Of a stretch of DNA of 64,000 bases, positions 48,216-59,333 are shown one piece after another (within the stretch, counting starts at the first letter, position 1; every line of letters starts with the position of its first letter). This stretch comes from an uncultured bacterium. GTDB taxonomy: Bacteria; Auribacterota; Erginobacteria; Erginobacterales; Erginobacteraceae. Under the pieces are notes generated by a model, which was given only the letters and a program-made list of their open reading frames with translations, was not told the DNA's origin and did not search any database. The position numbers and the translations under genes were made by a program. Location: NCBI GenBank assembly GCA_963822585.1, contig CAWGIE010000026.1, positions 352,001-416,000 on the forward strand, read 5' to 3'.

Positions 48216-50639
48216 TCATTCCAGGTCCTCCCCCTCATCCTCCTCCACCGTTCCATCACCGGCATAGGTTTCGATAAGAATTTCCCGGGCTTTGGTTCCC
48301 TGGTACGGCCCCACAATTCCCCGTTCTTCCAGTTCATCCATGATCCGGGCGGCACGGGAATATCCGATCTTTAACTTCCTCTGGAGCATGCTGACCGAAG
48401 CCTGAGCGGTCTGCCGGATAACGTCGATCGCCGGCTCCAGGAATATATCCTCCGATTCCGCCCCCTCCCCCATCGCGCCCGGGGCGACGGCCTTCTTCTG
48501 GAACATGTCTTTTTCGAATACCGGTTCTCTTTGCCTGGTCACAAACGCCACCACCCTGTTGATCTCGTGATCGCGGCAGATCGTTCCCTGAGCCCGAATC
48601 AGCTGGTCAGTGGCGGGCGGGAGGAAAAGGAGATCGCCGTTCCCGAGCAGCTTATCGGCGCCGCCGGCGTCCAGAACCGTCCGGGAATCAACCTTTGCCG
48701 CCACCTTGAAAGATATCCGGCCCGGGAGGTTGGCCTTGATCACACCGGTGATGACATCGACCGAGGGACGCTGAGTCGCCAGAATCATGTGAATCCCCAC
48801 GGCCCGGGAAAGGTGGGCGAGGCGGGCGATGGCCGTCTCGATCTCCTTGGCCGCGACCAGCATCAGGTCGGCAAGCTCATCGATCAGGAGCACGATATAG
48901 GGCATTGAGGCGGGCAGCTCATCCTCGTCCTCTCCCCCGGGAGATCCCCTCCTCAGTTCGTTATAAGATTGGATATTCCTGACCCCGGCCCGGGCGCAGT
49001 ATTCATACCGGTCTTCCATCTCCCTGATCACCCAGGCAAGAGCCATGGACGTCCGGGCCGCGTCGGTAATAACCGGGCAGGCCAGGTGGGGGAGATGGTG
49101 GAAAGCCGCCATCTCGACCTTCTTGGGGTCAACCATGATCAGTTTCAGCTCGTCGGGTGTGCGGGCATAAAGGAGGCTGATAATGATTGAGTTTATGCAC
49201 ACCGTTTTTCCCGAACCGGTGGCACCCGCGATCAAAAGGTGAGGCATCGCGGTGAGATCGGCCACGACCGGCTGACCGGAGATGTTTTTCCCGAGAGCCA
49301 GGGGAAGGATACAGCGGCTTTTCCGGAATTCCGCCGATTCGATCATTTCCCGCATGCAGACCAGATTGGTATTGATGTTGGGGACCTCTATTCCGATGGC
49401 TGCCTTGCCCGGGATCGGCGCCAGGATCCGGACCGACTTTGCCTTCATGGTGAGAGCGATGTCGTTATCCAGCGCCTTGACCTTCCCCACCTTCACACCG
49501 GGAGCGATCTGGAGTTCATACCGGGTGATCGCCGGACCGCGTTCGATCCCGACCACGCGTGATTCAATCCCGAAATCCTGCAGCGTGCTCTCCAGTATCT
49601 CCGATTCATCAAAGGTTTTATTTTTGATCTCCCGTTCCGAGAGAGGAGGCGGGACGTCCAGAAGGTCCAGCGGCGGGAGCTGATACGGGTTCTTCCCGGG
49701 ACCGGGTGGAGCCGGCTTCGGCAGGGGGCGTCCAGCCGGCGCGACGGCGGGAACCGGAGATACGACGGGCTCCCGGGGCCGGGAAACCGGCGACGGCTCC
49801 CGACTTTTTTTCTTCGCCGGCATACGCTGTTCCGCCTCTTTCTTCCGGCGGAGGGCTTCCTTTTCCTCCCGTTCCTCTTCCCGGGCCCGGCGTCGCTCTT
49901 CTCGGATTCTCTCCTTCTCGGCGCGGCGCAATTCCTCCTTCCTCTCCTTGAGCAGGGCGGCTTTTTCCCTCTCTTTCTCCAGGGCGGCGCGACGAAGAGC
50001 GGCGGCGGATTCTCTCCGGTCGAGCGCGGCCGGGGCGGGCAGACTCCCCGCGGCGACAGGTTTCGGCCGGATGGATCGGGATCTTCCGATTACCCGGAAC
50101 AGACTCCGGAACTGCCGGGCCAGAAAGAGCACGGGCTTCATCTCGGTAAGCAAAGCGAATGAAACCATCAAAATCGTCACCAGGACCAGGCGGCTGCCGA
50201 AGGGGCCCAGGGGTCTCAGGATCCCGGCCGCCTCCCGTCCCCACCACCCCCCCAGGGATACCCCTTCCAGTTGTTCGCCCAAAAGCCGGGAAGATAGCAG
50301 GTTCTGGAGACTGAGGAGCGGAGAGAGACTGAGCACAATCAGGAGGCCGTATAAACACTTGAGGAAGGCCGGGCGGGGAGACGTTTGCCGGGGGATCAGG
50401 CGAACAATCCCTTCCGCGATGACAAGAAGGGGGAGAACCAATGCCGCCGCGCCCAGCACCAGATACAGCTTCTGGGCCAGCTCGGCACCCACCCGACCAC
50501 TGTAATTGACCACGACGGCCCCCCCACCGGCGCTATCGGCATCACCTGCATGATAGGAAAGCAGGCTGACGGCGGTAAAAATGCCGACCGCGATCAGAAC
50601 CAGTCCCAGCGCCGGGGAGAAGTGCTTCTCCGCTGTCAT
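48216..50639 (-). CDS. ftsK: DNA translocase FtsK
   Basis: N-terminal TMs; PHLLIAGATGSGKT, DPK.VE, IDELADLM, ATQRPSVDVITG, gamma domain. Confidence 0.97.
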   Translation of the reverse strand: MTAEKHFSPALGLVLIAVGIFTAVSLLSYHAGDADSAGGGAVVVNYSGRVGAELAQKLYLVLGAAALVLPLLVIAEGIVRLIPRQTSPRPAFLKCLYGLLIVLSLSPLLSLQNLLSSRLLGEQLEGVSLGGWWGREAAGILRPLGPFGSRLVLVTILMVSFALLTEMKPVLFLARQFRSLFRVIGRSRSIRPKPVAAGSLPAPAALDRRESAAALRRAALEKEREKAALLKERKEELRRAEKERIREERRRAREEEREEKEALRRKKEAEQRMPAKKKSREPSPVSRPREPVVSPVPAVAPAGRPLPKPAPPGPGKNPYQLPPLDLLDVPPPLSEREIKNKTFDESEILESTLQDFGIESRVVGIERGPAITRYELQIAPGVKVGKVKALDNDIALTMKAKSVRILAPIPGKAAIGIEVPNINTNLVCMREMIESAEFRKSRCILPLALGKNISGQPVVADLTAMPHLLIAGATGSGKTVCINSIIISLLYARTPDELKLIMVDPKKVEMAAFHHLPHLACPVITDAARTSMALAWVIREMEDRYEYCARAGVRNIQSYNELRRGSPGGEDEDELPASMPYIVLLIDELADLMLVAAKEIETAIARLAHLSRAVGIHMILATQRPSVDVITGVIKANLPGRISFKVAAKVDSRTVLDAGGADKLLGNGDLLFLPPATDQLIRAQGTICRDHEINRVVAFVTRQREPVFEKDMFQKKAVAPGAMGEGAESEDIFLEPAIDVIRQTAQASVSMLQRKLKIGYSRAARIMDELEERGIVGPYQGTKAREILIETYAGDGTVEEDEGEDLE

Positions 50640-50767
50640 GATCTTTTGCTACATCTACGCCGTTACAATCACCACGGATAAAAAAACCACGAATCCCCGC
50701 GCCCGCCCGGCCGACCACAGACATTACGGCCGGGCGAAAAGCACGGGGGAGGGAGACCGGCAGTCTT

Positions 50768-52864
50768 TCAGCTCTGCTCGTCTTCTTTTGGCGGTTGTGC
50801 CTGCTTGTGGCTGAGCTTGATCCTGCCCAGATTATCGATGGCGATCACTTTCACCATGACAACATCACCCTCTTTCATGACGTCCTCAACCTGCTTGACC
50901 CGGTTATCGGCCATCTCGGAGATGTGGCAGAGCCCGTCCTTGCCGGGAAGAAGTTCCACGAAGGCGCCGAATTGTTTGACCGTCTTTACCGTCCCCTGGT
51001 AGGTCTTGCCGATCTCGACTTCCGCGGTCATCAGCTCAATGGTGTCTCTAGCCTTGCGGGCGGCGTCGATATCGGATGATGAGATGGACACAAATCCGTC
51101 GTCCTCGATATCTATCTTCACGCCTGTCTTTTCCATTGCTTTGATATTCTTTCCCTTGGGACCGATCACCAACCCGATCTTATCGGGATCTATCTGGATG
51201 GATAGAATCTTGGGGGCGTAGGGAGAGATCTCAGTGTTAGCCTCGGACTGCACTTCGTTCATCTTCCCCAGGATATGGAGACGGGCGACGCGCGCCTGCT
51301 CCAGGGCCGCTTTCATGATCTCTTCGGATATGCCGGCTATCTTAATGTCCATCTGGAGTCCGGTTACACCATCTTCCGTTCCGGCCAGTTTGAAATCCAT
51401 ATCCCCGAGCGCATCCTCGGATCCGAGTATGTCGGTCAGGATAACGGTGCTCTCGCCTTCCTTGAGCAATCCCATCGCGATTCCGGCGACCGGTTTCTTG
51501 ATCGCGATCCCGGCATCCATCAGGGAAAGACTCCCTCCGCAGATGGAGGCCATTGAAGAAGAGCCGTTGGAGGCCAGCACATCGGCGACGATCCGGATAG
51601 TATACGGACACTCCTCCTCGGACGGCAGTACCTGGAGGAGCGACCGTTCGGCCAGCGCGCCGTGTCCGATCTCCCTCCGCTTGGGACCGCGGTCCATCCT
51701 GGCTTCACCGGTCGAAAAGGACGGGAAATTATAATGGAGCATAAACCGCTTCTTCTCTTCTTCCCCCAGCCCGTCAATCCGCTGGCGGTCGGAGGCCGTT
51801 CCCAGGGTGGTCATGGCCAGAACCTGGGTTTCCCCCCGGCTGAAGAGAGCTGAACCGTGGGTGCGGGGCAGTACCCCCACCCGGCAGCTGATCTTACGAA
51901 CCTCGTCCACCGCCCGGTCATCGGAGCGTTTGCCTTCTTCAATGATCATCTTCCGGCTGTACTTCTTAACCGCTTTCTTGAACGCGGCGCTGAACGCCCA
52001 GCCGGCCAATTCAGGGTCATCAATTAATAACTCCTGAAAAATCGTCTCCTTGATGGCTGAAATCGCCTGGTTCCGCGCTTTCTTCTCCCGGATATTCAAT
52101 GCCGGGATCAGTTCAGAAGCCGCCCGTCCCTCAACCCGGCTGATCAATTCATCCGAAGGAATCTGAAGATCAAACTCGCGAAGTTGGGGGGATACCTCGG
52201 CCCGCAGCTCATTCTGAAGATCGATGATCGGGCCCAGTGCGTTCTGACCGGCCAGGATCGCCCGGAGAATAATATCTTCACTCAGGATACCGGCCCAGCC
52301 CTCAACCATGTTAATCGATGTTTTTGTTCCCACCAGGACCAGGTCCATTCTGCTCTCTTCCAGCTGGGCAACGGTCGGGTTGATGATAAACTCATCTCCG
52401 ATCATACCGATCCGTACTCCGCCGATCGGTTCGGAAAACGGAATTCCCGAAACCATCAGGGCAGCGGACGCCCCGTTGATGCAGAGGATGTCAGGGTCAT
52501 TCTGGCCATCCGCCGACAGAACCCAGGCCACGATCTGAATGTCATTTCTCATCCCATCCTGGAAAAGGGGACGCAGCGGGCGGTCGATCAAGCGACAGGT
52601 TAATATCTCCTTCTCCGTCGGGCGCCCTTCCCTCTTAAAAAACCCTCCCGGGATCTTTCCCGCCGCTGAGGTCTTCTCCCGATAGTCAACCGTGAGAGGC
52701 AGAAAATCGGTCCCTTCGCGGCACCCTTCCGCCGCTACCACCGTCACCAGGACCACGGTCCCCTCACAGGTAACGGTAACAGCTCCGTCGGCTTGCCGGG
52801 CTAATTCCCCGGTTATAATTTCAAGGGTCTTATCACCCATCTGGCAACTTTTAATAATCTCCAT
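50768..52864 (-). CDS. pnp: Polyribonucleotide nucleotidyltransferase
   Basis: PLTVDY.EK..AAGKIPGGF.KREG, HGSALF.RGETQ, SNGSSSMAS, GDMDFK, KH and S1 domains. Confidence 0.97.
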   Translation of the reverse strand: MEIIKSCQMGDKTLEIITGELARQADGAVTVTCEGTVVLVTVVAAEGCREGTDFLPLTVDYREKTSAAGKIPGGFFKREGRPTEKEILTCRLIDRPLRPLFQDGMRNDIQIVAWVLSADGQNDPDILCINGASAALMVSGIPFSEPIGGVRIGMIGDEFIINPTVAQLEESRMDLVLVGTKTSINMVEGWAGILSEDIILRAILAGQNALGPIIDLQNELRAEVSPQLREFDLQIPSDELISRVEGRAASELIPALNIREKKARNQAISAIKETIFQELLIDDPELAGWAFSAAFKKAVKKYSRKMIIEEGKRSDDRAVDEVRKISCRVGVLPRTHGSALFSRGETQVLAMTTLGTASDRQRIDGLGEEEKKRFMLHYNFPSFSTGEARMDRGPKRREIGHGALAERSLLQVLPSEEECPYTIRIVADVLASNGSSSMASICGGSLSLMDAGIAIKKPVAGIAMGLLKEGESTVILTDILGSEDALGDMDFKLAGTEDGVTGLQMDIKIAGISEEIMKAALEQARVARLHILGKMNEVQSEANTEISPYAPKILSIQIDPDKIGLVIGPKGKNIKAMEKTGVKIDIEDDGFVSISSSDIDAARKARDTIELMTAEVEIGKTYQGTVKTVKQFGAFVELLPGKDGLCHISEMADNRVKQVEDVMKEGDVVMVKVIAIDNLGRIKLSHKQAQPPKEDEQS

Positions 52865-52892
52865 AACAACCTATCTCCTTACGACAAACTGC

Positions 52893-53162
52893 CTACTTTC
52901 TAAGGTGGAGTTTTTCCACCACTTCCCGGTACTTGGCCGGATTGGTCCTTTTTAGATAATTCAGATGTTTCTGACGCTTGCTGACCATGATCTTAAGGCT
53001 GCGCTGAGAACGGAAATCCTTATGGTGTGTTTTCATGTGCTCCGTCAGGCACTGAATCTGATCCGTCAGAATGGCGACTTGCACGCCGGAAGAACCGGTA
53101 TCCCGGTCGTGATAACCGAGAGAATCAGTGATCTCCCTGTTCTTCGTTCTTTCTTCGCTCAT
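52893..53162 (-). CDS. rpsO: 30S ribosomal protein S15
   Basis: DTGSS.VQVAILT, L..H...H.KD..S.R.L. Confidence 0.95.
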   Translation of the reverse strand: MSEERTKNREITDSLGYHDRDTGSSGVQVAILTDQIQCLTEHMKTHHKDFRSQRSLKIMVSKRQKHLNYLKRTNPAKYREVVEKLHLRK

Positions 53163-53314
53163 ACGTTCAACTCCTCTTCAATTTTTCAGTTTATTTTTAT
53201 TGTCACGCTGGTTCCCGAACATCGGGAATACCGGATTCAGCCTTCGTTCTTCCACATCCGGAGGGCGAGAGCCCGGGGCATCTTCAAGCTTTATATCCTT
53301 TTTCACTCTCTTTT

Positions 53315-54118
53315 TCAAGAGGACTTTTCCCTCCCCCCGGCTTCATGCCTGTCCGTGGCGGAGGGCATCGAGCCGAGGAGCCTCAATAAACGATCAACCG
53401 GAATAATCCGGGCGGAAAGCTCCTCCGGTGATCCGGCCAGCAATTGATCCAGCGGAACGGCATCCTCGATCCGGAAGGGACCGACCGCGATTCTCCGCAG
53501 GGCCGCCAGGCAGGCGCCGCAGCCCAGGGTCCGCCCCAGATCGTGGCAGAGGGTCCGAATATAGGTGCCCTTCGAACAACGGATGGCGAGCCGGACCCGG
53601 GGACCCGAGTTCCCGACCAGGGTCAGCCTGCTGATCATCACCTTCCGAGAAAGCCGCGGCACCTCTTCTCCCCTCCGGGCGATCGTATAGAGACGTTCCC
53701 CTCGATACTTGAGCGCGGAGACCATCGGGGGCGTCTGACTGATCTGCCCGCGGAAACATCCCAGAGCCCGCTCGATCGCGTCGCGATTCAAACCGGCACT
53801 GTCGAGCTTGCGCACCACCTTTCCCGTGATGTCCTGAGAATCGGTTTCGGTCCCCAACAAAACCGTCGCGTCATATTCTTTCTCGCCCGCCAGCAGGAGA
53901 TCAGCCTGTTTCGTCCCCCGGTTCACCAGCAATACCAGAAGGCCGGTTGCCAGAGGATCAAGGCTGCCTCCATGCCCCAGCTTGCCGATCCGGAAATGCT
54001 TTTTCAGCCGGTCGACCACCCGGAAAGACGTGATCCCCTCCGGCTTATCGACCATCAGGAAACCATCGGGAAAGACAATCGTCGGGGGGGAGGTTTTACT
54101 CTGTCTCTTGGAAACCAT
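53315..54118 (-). CDS. truB: tRNA pseudouridine55 synthase
   Basis: DKP.G.TS, GHGGSLDPLATG, PPM.SA.K, CSKGTYIRTL. Confidence 0.95.
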   Translation of the reverse strand: MVSKRQSKTSPPTIVFPDGFLMVDKPEGITSFRVVDRLKKHFRIGKLGHGGSLDPLATGLLVLLVNRGTKQADLLLAGEKEYDATVLLGTETDSQDITGKVVRKLDSAGLNRDAIERALGCFRGQISQTPPMVSALKYRGERLYTIARRGEEVPRLSRKVMISRLTLVGNSGPRVRLAIRCSKGTYIRTLCHDLGRTLGCGACLAALRRIAVGPFRIEDAVPLDQLLAGSPEELSARIIPVDRLLRLLGSMPSATDRHEAGGREKSS

Positions 54119-54310
54119 TTATAAACAGTACGTTAGTTCGCCTGGTTCGTCGCTTGAGGTAAAACGGTTGCGGTTACGCGGCTCGAATCGGTTGCGTGGA
54201 ACGGTTGCGGCATCAAGCAGCCCGCAACCTCACCCCGTTCAACGTTTCGAGCAGCGCAACCGTTCAACGATAGCCGTTTTGTTAATGCATTAAACTCCCT
54301 AAACAGCATA

Positions 54311-55312
54311 TCAGCTCCCTTCCGTCGCGACATTTATCTCTGCAAGGTATTTTTCCACGGTCTTCAGAACACGACGGATCACATCGGAGAGGGGTCCCGC
54401 GAGTTCGGCGCCGGCCGCCGCCGGATGTCCTCCCCCCCCGAAGCGGGCGGCGATCCAATTGACATCGATGACAGCCGGCTCCTTGGAACGGAAAGAGACT
54501 TTGACCCCGCCGGTCAATTCTATAAAGAGAATCGCGATCCGGGTTGATATGATGTCCCGGGGGTAGGCTATCAGGGACTCGGTGATATCAAAGTCGGCGC
54601 CGTTTCTTTCCAGCATCTCCCGATTGACCGTCAGGTAAGCAATCTGATTGCCGGCGGCAAAGGCCAGGGAAGAGAGCGCCTCACCCAGCAGCTTGAGAGG
54701 CGCGATTGAATACACATTATACACCTTCTTGTATATTTCATAAGGTACCAGCCCCTTTTCGACCAGGCGGGCGGCCAGGGTGAAGATAGTCACACCCGAT
54801 TGCGGGGTGACCATGTACTGGAACTTGCCCATGTCGGTCAGGATCGCAACGTAGATACAGAGTGCGATCGAATGATCAAGCTCGATCCCGAGGGCAGGGA
54901 GCAGGTGATAGATCATCTCACCGACCGATGAACCGGTCGGTTCCACCCAGGCAATATCCCCGTATCCGCTGTTGGAGACATGATGATCGATATTGATCAG
55001 TTTTCCCGCTGCGGCAAGATGTTCCTCAACCCGGCCGGCGCGATGGGGACCGGGGGCGTCCAGCACAACGGCAACCCGGGGCTGAAAAGGAAGATCCCGG
55101 AAAGGACGGATCAAATCCGCGCCCGGGAGGAAAACAAAATTTCGCGGTATCGGAGATTCATTCTCAACAATCACCTCTTTCCCAAGCCGCGCCAGAATCG
55201 CGGCCAGGGCAAGCTGCGACCCGATGGCGTCGCCATCGGGTCGAAGATGGGTCGTGATCAGGAACCGGTCTTCTTCAATCAATAGTTTGATCAGGCGAGG
55301 GGGAACCTTCAT
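54311..55312 (-). CDS. nrnA: DHH-family bifunctional oligoribonuclease/pAp phosphatase
   Basis: H.RPDGDA.GS, NIDHH, TD.G.F, SFRS, GGGGHPAAAG. Confidence 0.9.
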   Translation of the reverse strand: MKVPPRLIKLLIEEDRFLITTHLRPDGDAIGSQLALAAILARLGKEVIVENESPIPRNFVFLPGADLIRPFRDLPFQPRVAVVLDAPGPHRAGRVEEHLAAAGKLINIDHHVSNSGYGDIAWVEPTGSSVGEMIYHLLPALGIELDHSIALCIYVAILTDMGKFQYMVTPQSGVTIFTLAARLVEKGLVPYEIYKKVYNVYSIAPLKLLGEALSSLAFAAGNQIAYLTVNREMLERNGADFDITESLIAYPRDIISTRIAILFIELTGGVKVSFRSKEPAVIDVNWIAARFGGGGHPAAAGAELAGPLSDVIRRVLKTVEKYLAEINVATEGS

Positions 55313-55691
55313 CCCTTTCCTCTTCTCCTTCATGCAGTCTGTCAAAAAGCCGGTTGATCCGGTCACTGTATTGTAACGAATCATCAAAAGAAAACGAGAT
55401 CACCGGCGTGTACCGGGTGCTCATCCTGCGGCCCAGCTCCCGCTGAAAATATCCCCGGGCGCTCCGCAGCCCTTCCAGGGCCCGCCGGACCTCCTCCTCT
55501 TCCCCCAGGACACTGATACAGACCCGGGCTTGTTTCAGGTCGGCGGTCGTCTCGACGCGGGTCACACTGACGAAACCGATCCGTGGATCCTTGGCCCCCG
55601 TACTCAGGATTTCCCCCAGGATTCTTTTGATCTGTTCCTCAACCCGGAGCCGCCGGCGGCTCTTGCCCGTTTCCTGACGCGGTATATTCAT
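55275..55691 (-). CDS. rbfA: Ribosome-binding factor A
   Basis: KDPR, V.V..DL..A.V, RYTP...F.FD.S. Confidence 0.93.
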   Translation of the reverse strand: MNIPRQETGKSRRRLRVEEQIKRILGEILSTGAKDPRIGFVSVTRVETTADLKQARVCISVLGEEEEVRRALEGLRSARGYFQRELGRRMSTRYTPVISFSFDDSLQYSDRINRLFDRLHEGEEERDEGSPSPDQTID

Positions 55692-55754
55692 AAACAAAAA
55701 AGATTATTCATCAGATCGTTGATCTCAATGAATAATCAGAAGCAGTAAAAACAC

Positions 55755-57806
55755 TTAGAGTTTCTTCGGTATCTTGTCCACCTGGAAAGAGATCAGTCGG
55801 TCATCCTCCTGAAAATCATTAAAATTCCCCAGAGTGACTCCGCATTCCTTGCCGGCGGCAACTTCTTCAACCGTATCTTTGAACCGCTTGAGAGAGGTGA
55901 TCGAGTCGGTTGCGATCTCCTCCTCACCTCTCATTATTCTTACCCGGCTTCCCCGCTTGATCTTCCCACTTTCAACGATGCTGCCGGCCACGAATCCCAG
56001 ACCGGAGATCTTGAAAACTTCTTTAACCCGCGCTTCTCCCAGTATCACTTCCTTTAATTCCGGTTCCAGTAAACCCTCCAGGGCCTTGCGGACGTCATCC
56101 ACCGCTTCGTAAATGATCTGATAACAACGGATATCAACCCCTTCTTCATCGGCCAGACGCTTTATTTTGCCGTTAAGAGGGAGCTGAAATCCTATGATGA
56201 CCGCCCGGGAAGCGGCGGCCAGCATAACGTCCGACTCGCTAATGCCGCCGGCGCCGGAGTGCACTATGTTCAGCTTGATCGACTGATTCGTAGCCGCAAC
56301 CTCCTTCAGGGCCATGGCGACGGCCTCAACCGATCCCTGAACATCTCCTTTCAGGATTAATGCCAACTCCTTCACTTCACTGCTGGCGATCTGCTGGAAA
56401 AAATCCTCCAGGCGCATCCGGCGGGAAGCATCCCAGGTCTTCTCCTGGAGTTCTTCCCGGCGACGGTGGCTGATCTCACGAGCCTGGCTGTCGCTCTCCA
56501 CCACCTGAAAGGAGCTCCCGGCCTCCGGGACTCCGGTCAGACCCATGATCTCGACCGGAGTGGACGGACCGGCCGTCTTCACCTGGCTGCCCCGATCATC
56601 GAACATCCCCTTGACCTTGGCGGAAAACATATCGCAGACCACACTATCTCCCCGTTTCAGCGTCCCGTTCTTGACCAGAACCGTCGCCACCGGCCCCCGA
56701 TCGGATGTTAGCCTGGCTTCGATCACCGCGCCGGAGGCAGGACCGTCCGGGTCGGCTTTCAACTCCATCATCTCGGCCTGGAGGAGAATCATCTCCAGAA
56801 GGTGGACAAGACCGACTCCGGTCACGGCGGACAACTCCACGCAGATCGTATCTCCCCCCATCTCCTCGGGCTGGAGGCCGTGTTCGGCCAGCTGCCGTCG
56901 GACACGATCCGCCCGGGCGGTACTTTTATCGATCTTGTTCAGGGCGACGATGATCGGGACATTCGCCGCGCGGGCATGATTGATCGCTTCTTCGGTCTGA
57001 GGCATGATCCCTTCATCAGCCGCCACAACCAGGATCACGATATCCGTCAGATCCGCTCCCCGCGCCCGCATGGTCGTAAAGGCCGCGTGGCCGGGCGTGT
57101 CGAGAAAAACGATGTCGCCATGCTCGGTCTCAACCCGATAAGCCCCGATATGCTGGGTTATCCCCCCCGCTTCACCGGAGGTGATGCGGGATTTCCTGAC
57201 CGCGTCGAGAATCGACGTCTTGCCGTGATCGATGTGCCCCATCAGGGTTACCACCGGGCTCCGGGGCCGCAGGTTTTTTCCTTCCGGCACCGGCTTTTTC
57301 GGGACACGAGGGGCGACGGAGGGGACCCCTTCCCCTTCCACCCGTTGCGGCGCGTAAGACCTGATCTCCCGGTCGTACTCGCCGCCCAAAATAATGGCCG
57401 TCTCTTCATCCAGGAATTGATTGAGAGAGGCGAAGACCCCCATCTCGAGCAGTTTTTTAATCAGTATATTCGGCCGCTGACCGATATATTCAGCCAGCTG
57501 ACGGACGGTGACCGGGAACTTGATAACCAGAACCTCGCCTTGAGGCCGGGGGACGGCCTCAGGAACAACGACTTCTTCCTCCGCAGAGAGTTTCCCGACA
57601 GCCGGCCGAGCCGGTGTCTCTTTCCTTTCCTCCTCCGTCGCCCCCGGGGGTGACGGAGCGGTTTGCAGCCGCTCTCTGACCTGGGCCGCCCGGGCGTCAT
57701 CCAGGGAGGAGGAATGAGAAGCGACCTCGATCCCCATCTCTTTCAAGCGGGAAAGAAGCTCCTTGCTGGTCAGGCCCAGCTCTCGTGCCAGTTCGTACAC
57801 TCTCAT
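55755..57806 (-). CDS. infB: Translation initiation factor IF-2
   Basis: [45 protein letters not shown]. Confidence 0.97.
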   Translation of the reverse strand: MRVYELARELGLTSKELLSRLKEMGIEVASHSSSLDDARAAQVRERLQTAPSPPGATEEERKETPARPAVGKLSAEEEVVVPEAVPRPQGEVLVIKFPVTVRQLAEYIGQRPNILIKKLLEMGVFASLNQFLDEETAIILGGEYDREIRSYAPQRVEGEGVPSVAPRVPKKPVPEGKNLRPRSPVVTLMGHIDHGKTSILDAVRKSRITSGEAGGITQHIGAYRVETEHGDIVFLDTPGHAAFTTMRARGADLTDIVILVVAADEGIMPQTEEAINHARAANVPIIVALNKIDKSTARADRVRRQLAEHGLQPEEMGGDTICVELSAVTGVGLVHLLEMILLQAEMMELKADPDGPASGAVIEARLTSDRGPVATVLVKNGTLKRGDSVVCDMFSAKVKGMFDDRGSQVKTAGPSTPVEIMGLTGVPEAGSSFQVVESDSQAREISHRRREELQEKTWDASRRMRLEDFFQQIASSEVKELALILKGDVQGSVEAVAMALKEVAATNQSIKLNIVHSGAGGISESDVMLAAASRAVIIGFQLPLNGKIKRLADEEGVDIRCYQIIYEAVDDVRKALEGLLEPELKEVILGEARVKEVFKISGLGFVAGSIVESGKIKRGSRVRIMRGEEEIATDSITSLKRFKDTVEEVAAGKECGVTLGNFNDFQEDDRLISFQVDKIPKKL

Positions 57807-57858
57807 TATATATTAGCTCGCTGCGCTCGCAAATTTATGTAGGATCGTCCTTCACTCG

Positions 57859-59100
57859 TCAATTATTATTCGTCTCCGTCAGCTCGCGGGCGGCTTTTAT
57901 CAGGTCCTCGGCCGTCTTTTGCCCGATCCCGTCAACCTGCATCAAATCGGACGGATCGGAAATGGCGATGACCGGGAGACCGGTAAAACCGGCTTCCACC
58001 AGGTTCCGGGCCATTTTTTCTCCCACTCCCGGCAAAACGGAGAGCGAGGCAATAGCCGACTTCACGCCTTTCAGCACCTCCCCCTCCCGGAAAATATCGA
58101 TCTTCCAGCCGGTCAGGCGGGAGGAGAGCCGCACATTCTGTCCTTTTTTGCCGATGGCCAGGGAGAGCTGATCTTCGTCCACGATGACCTCACATTCCCC
58201 CTTATCATTGATAGTGACCATTTTAAGTTTGGCCGGACTGAGAGCGTTGGTAATATAGGTGACCTGATCTTCGTCCCAGCGAATAACATCGATCTTCTCC
58301 CCGTTCAGCTCCCTGACCACGCTTTTGACCCGGTTGCCGCGCAGACCGACACAGGCGCCCACGCTGTCCACCTTATCATCGACGGCACAGACCGCGATCT
58401 TGGTGCGATACCCCGGTTCCCGGGCAATCCCTTTTATCTCCACCACCCCCTCATCTATCTCGGGGACTTCCAGTTCGAAGAGACGGCGAACGAAATTCGG
58501 GTGAGTGCGGGAGAGAACCACTTCCGGTCCTTTTGTCCGTTCCCGCACATCAAGTATATAGGTGCGGATACGCGCGCCCAGCCGGTATTCTTCATGATGG
58601 CACTGTTCCCGGGGAGGCATCACTCCTTCAGTCCGGCCGAGATCGATGACGACGTTCTGCTTGTCATAATGCCTGATGACCCCGCTCACGATCTCGCCGA
58701 TCCGCCCCTGATACTCCCCGAAGACAACGTTCTTCTCCGCCTCCCTGATTTTCTGGATAACCACCTGCTTGGCGGTCTGGGCGGCAATACGGCCGAAATT
58801 CTTCGGCGTGACTTCCTTGGTCACCTCGTCCCCGATTTTGGCCGCCGGCGCTAATTTCCGGGCGTCATCGAGGGTAATTTCACCATACGGATCGCTAACT
58901 CTCTCGACGACAAGCAGCTTGGAGAATGCCTTGATGTCTCCGGTCTTCGGATCAATCGTGACCTCCAGTTCCCGGGCCGGACCAATGCTTTTCTTGGAGG
59001 CGGAGAGGAGGGACGACTGGATCGCCTCGATGAGCACCTCCCGAGGTATCCCCTTTTCTCTTTCCATATGATCCAGAACAGCTATTAAATCGGCGTTCAT
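57859..59100 (-). CDS. nusA: Transcription factor NusA
   Basis: FGRIAAQTAKQV, LFELEVPEI, REPG.RTKIAV, LAIGK.GQNVRL. Confidence 0.96.
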   Translation of the reverse strand: MNADLIAVLDHMEREKGIPREVLIEAIQSSLLSASKKSIGPARELEVTIDPKTGDIKAFSKLLVVERVSDPYGEITLDDARKLAPAAKIGDEVTKEVTPKNFGRIAAQTAKQVVIQKIREAEKNVVFGEYQGRIGEIVSGVIRHYDKQNVVIDLGRTEGVMPPREQCHHEEYRLGARIRTYILDVRERTKGPEVVLSRTHPNFVRRLFELEVPEIDEGVVEIKGIAREPGYRTKIAVCAVDDKVDSVGACVGLRGNRVKSVVRELNGEKIDVIRWDEDQVTYITNALSPAKLKMVTINDKGECEVIVDEDQLSLAIGKKGQNVRLSSRLTGWKIDIFREGEVLKGVKSAIASLSVLPGVGEKMARNLVEAGFTGLPVIAISDPSDLMQVDGIGQKTAEDLIKAARELTETNNN

Positions 59101-59221
59101 TATTCCCACCTTATTATCCCTATCCTGCTCGAAAAAATTTCGAACAGGAAAACCTGCTATCGGCCCCCTGAATAAATACACGTGATCAACTGTTTCACGC
59201 ATCGCCGGGCCTTTTAAGCAA

Positions 59222-59245
59222 AAGAGTGGGCCTCCACCCACTCTT
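59222..59245 (-). promoter_or_regulatory. rimP/nusA-leader-type hairpin (attenuator-like)
   Basis: Minus strand AAGAGTGGG-tggagg-CCCACTCTT followed by TT, upstream of nusA. Confidence 0.65.
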
Positions 59246-59333
59246 GAACAGAACGATAGAAGTCAGTCGCATACAGCCCGGTAATCTACATTAAAATACA
59301 ACCGTGCCGGCAGCGTCAAGGGAAAATGTGCCC

